A DNA stretch of 64,000 nucleotides from Lingula anatina (Eukaryota > Animalia > Brachiopoda), in assembly GCA_051362555.1 (NCBI GenBank), contig CM120640.1, forward strand, positions 35,607,967 through 35,671,966, read 5' to 3'. Both the position numbers and the translations under genes were made by a program. Under the pieces are notes generated by a model. The model saw nothing but the letters and a program-made list of their open reading frames with translations. It did not search any database and was not told the origin of the DNA. Every line of letters starts with the position of its first letter. Within the stretch, counting starts at the first letter, position 1. Below, piece by piece: positions 62,514 through 64,000 of the stretch.

Positions 62514-63859
62514 TGCAAAAAAAGGGATTTTATTGATTTCTTAAGGCCTATTTAGGTCAACAGGATTTTCTTAAAGTGATGATACGCTGACAACGGTCAC
62601 ACGTAATTCAAAAAGATAAAAAAATTATGTAAGCCCAGCTCGTTTAGGAAAAATACATGGAAAGTTAAGCAGCACGTTGAAATCACTAAGCAGATAAAGA
62701 GAAAACCATATCAGTTTTAAGTATTTTACTTCACTATTGCCTACAATGCATTCCCCTTTTCATATGAGTTATTCTCTCTTTTGGAGACACAATACAAACT
62801 GGCAGTTTTAGAAATCTGAAGGAACCTGTCGTTTGAGGAATTGTTCGCGTTTACGCTGGGTGCTTTCTGTTATAAAAAGGCATTATTCATAAATATTGAT
62901 GTAAATTTCCCTGTTGTTTTTTAGAAATAAAGGCCAATTTTATCAATATTGAGGGGGTTTTGGTGGAAGAAGGCGCATCAAAACACGCGTGTAGTCTAGC
63001 TTTACTTCAGCTTCAGTGTTTCGAAGCTTGATTGCACCCGAAGCTCTGCAACTCTTCTGTAACCCTAGAGTTAAAGCGTTGATTGCATTAATAATAACTG
63101 GTGGCTGGGATAACAGGAACAGCGGCGACTTCCTATTCGTTTGAAAAATATCACGACATGTTTCGTGCTATCGAAACAGAGGAGGCAATTACATTGACTG
63201 CATTTTTATTCCCATAAATACATGTGCTTACCCTTGGCTATAGTTCAATTGCGTTTTAAGAAGTGGCGAAATCCGTCAGATTTGTATTGGGTTTGATAAA
63301 ACAAGGGAGAAATTATGTACTAGTTTAGCCGATAATATCGATATTTTGTTCCCCTTTTCTTTCAGTACAGAAGGCAGTTGCCTCATGGATAATTACAGCG
63401 ATCACAACTTTTACAAAAAAAAAAAAAAAAAAAAGCTCTCATAAAAGAAAGGTTTCAACTGATAGGTGTTCAATTACTATAATAATTTCCTTTATTTTAT
63501 TTACTTTAAAACGAAGGTTACATGATATATTTCTTAACTGTGTACTTATTTCATTGTAGTTCAGTGTTTTGTAATATAGCCCATTGTCATATTCTTATGT
63601 ACATGTAGATTCGTATGCATATATGCACATTTTCGGCTGTACACGCTGACGCATTTGATACTGCGGTTCAATAAAATTTTATTCTAAATATTATGTTCTT
63701 TACTGATGCTGTGGGAACACTACGATCTTTGAGTTAGGGCTATGGGAATTTCAGCAAAACAAATATGTGGATTCATTACGTACGATACTTATAAGAAAAT
63801 CCGAGCAGTAATTGATCGTTAAGTATGACATGAGTGTTTTTTCTAATTGAAATGTGGTC

Positions 63860-63904
<45 letters not shown>

Positions 63905-63920
63905 TACTATTATTATTATT
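63860..63920 (+). repeat. (AAT)n followed by (TAT)n microsatellite
   Basis: Direct reading. Confidence 0.9.
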
Positions 63921-64000
63921 TTCCTTCAGGTGCCTGAATTAAGCATCCACCGCCCGCATGCCGTTCTTTATTTTTTGCTCTCATCTTGTGACATCTATGT

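Noticed and set aside
62950-64000. CpG patch and acceptor-like sites suggesting a divergent gene (SF3A1 is head-to-head with CCDC157 in human)
   Set aside because: No recognisable coding sequence before the window ends.

Overview
AT-rich, intron-rich animal (non-vertebrate bilaterian-like) genomic DNA holding two convergent multi-exon genes. (1) On the + strand, a ZNRF3/RNF43-family PA-TM-RING E3 ligase (10 exons, CDS 3482-37017, ~1043 aa) with a 27-nt microexon, a NAGNAG acceptor, an overlapping uORF and a TCF HMG+Helper motif pair upstream of the start. (2) On the - strand, CCDC157 (12 coding exons, 61158-45174, ~811 aa), ending in a Cx2Cx12Hx3C zinc finger that is followed by decayed copies of itself. 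Between their poly(A) signals lies a 1.4-kb higher-order array of ~128-bp palindromic monomers. The last CCDC157 intron is almost filled by a 3828-bp P-superfamily-like DNA transposon (perfect 31-bp TIRs, 7-bp TSD, degenerate THAP-like remnant, spliced-looking convergent unit). Several MITEs, Helentron-like (HINE) elements and microsatellites are also present. Gene models were built by hand from GT-AG sites, phase consistency and recalled homology; no database searches were run.
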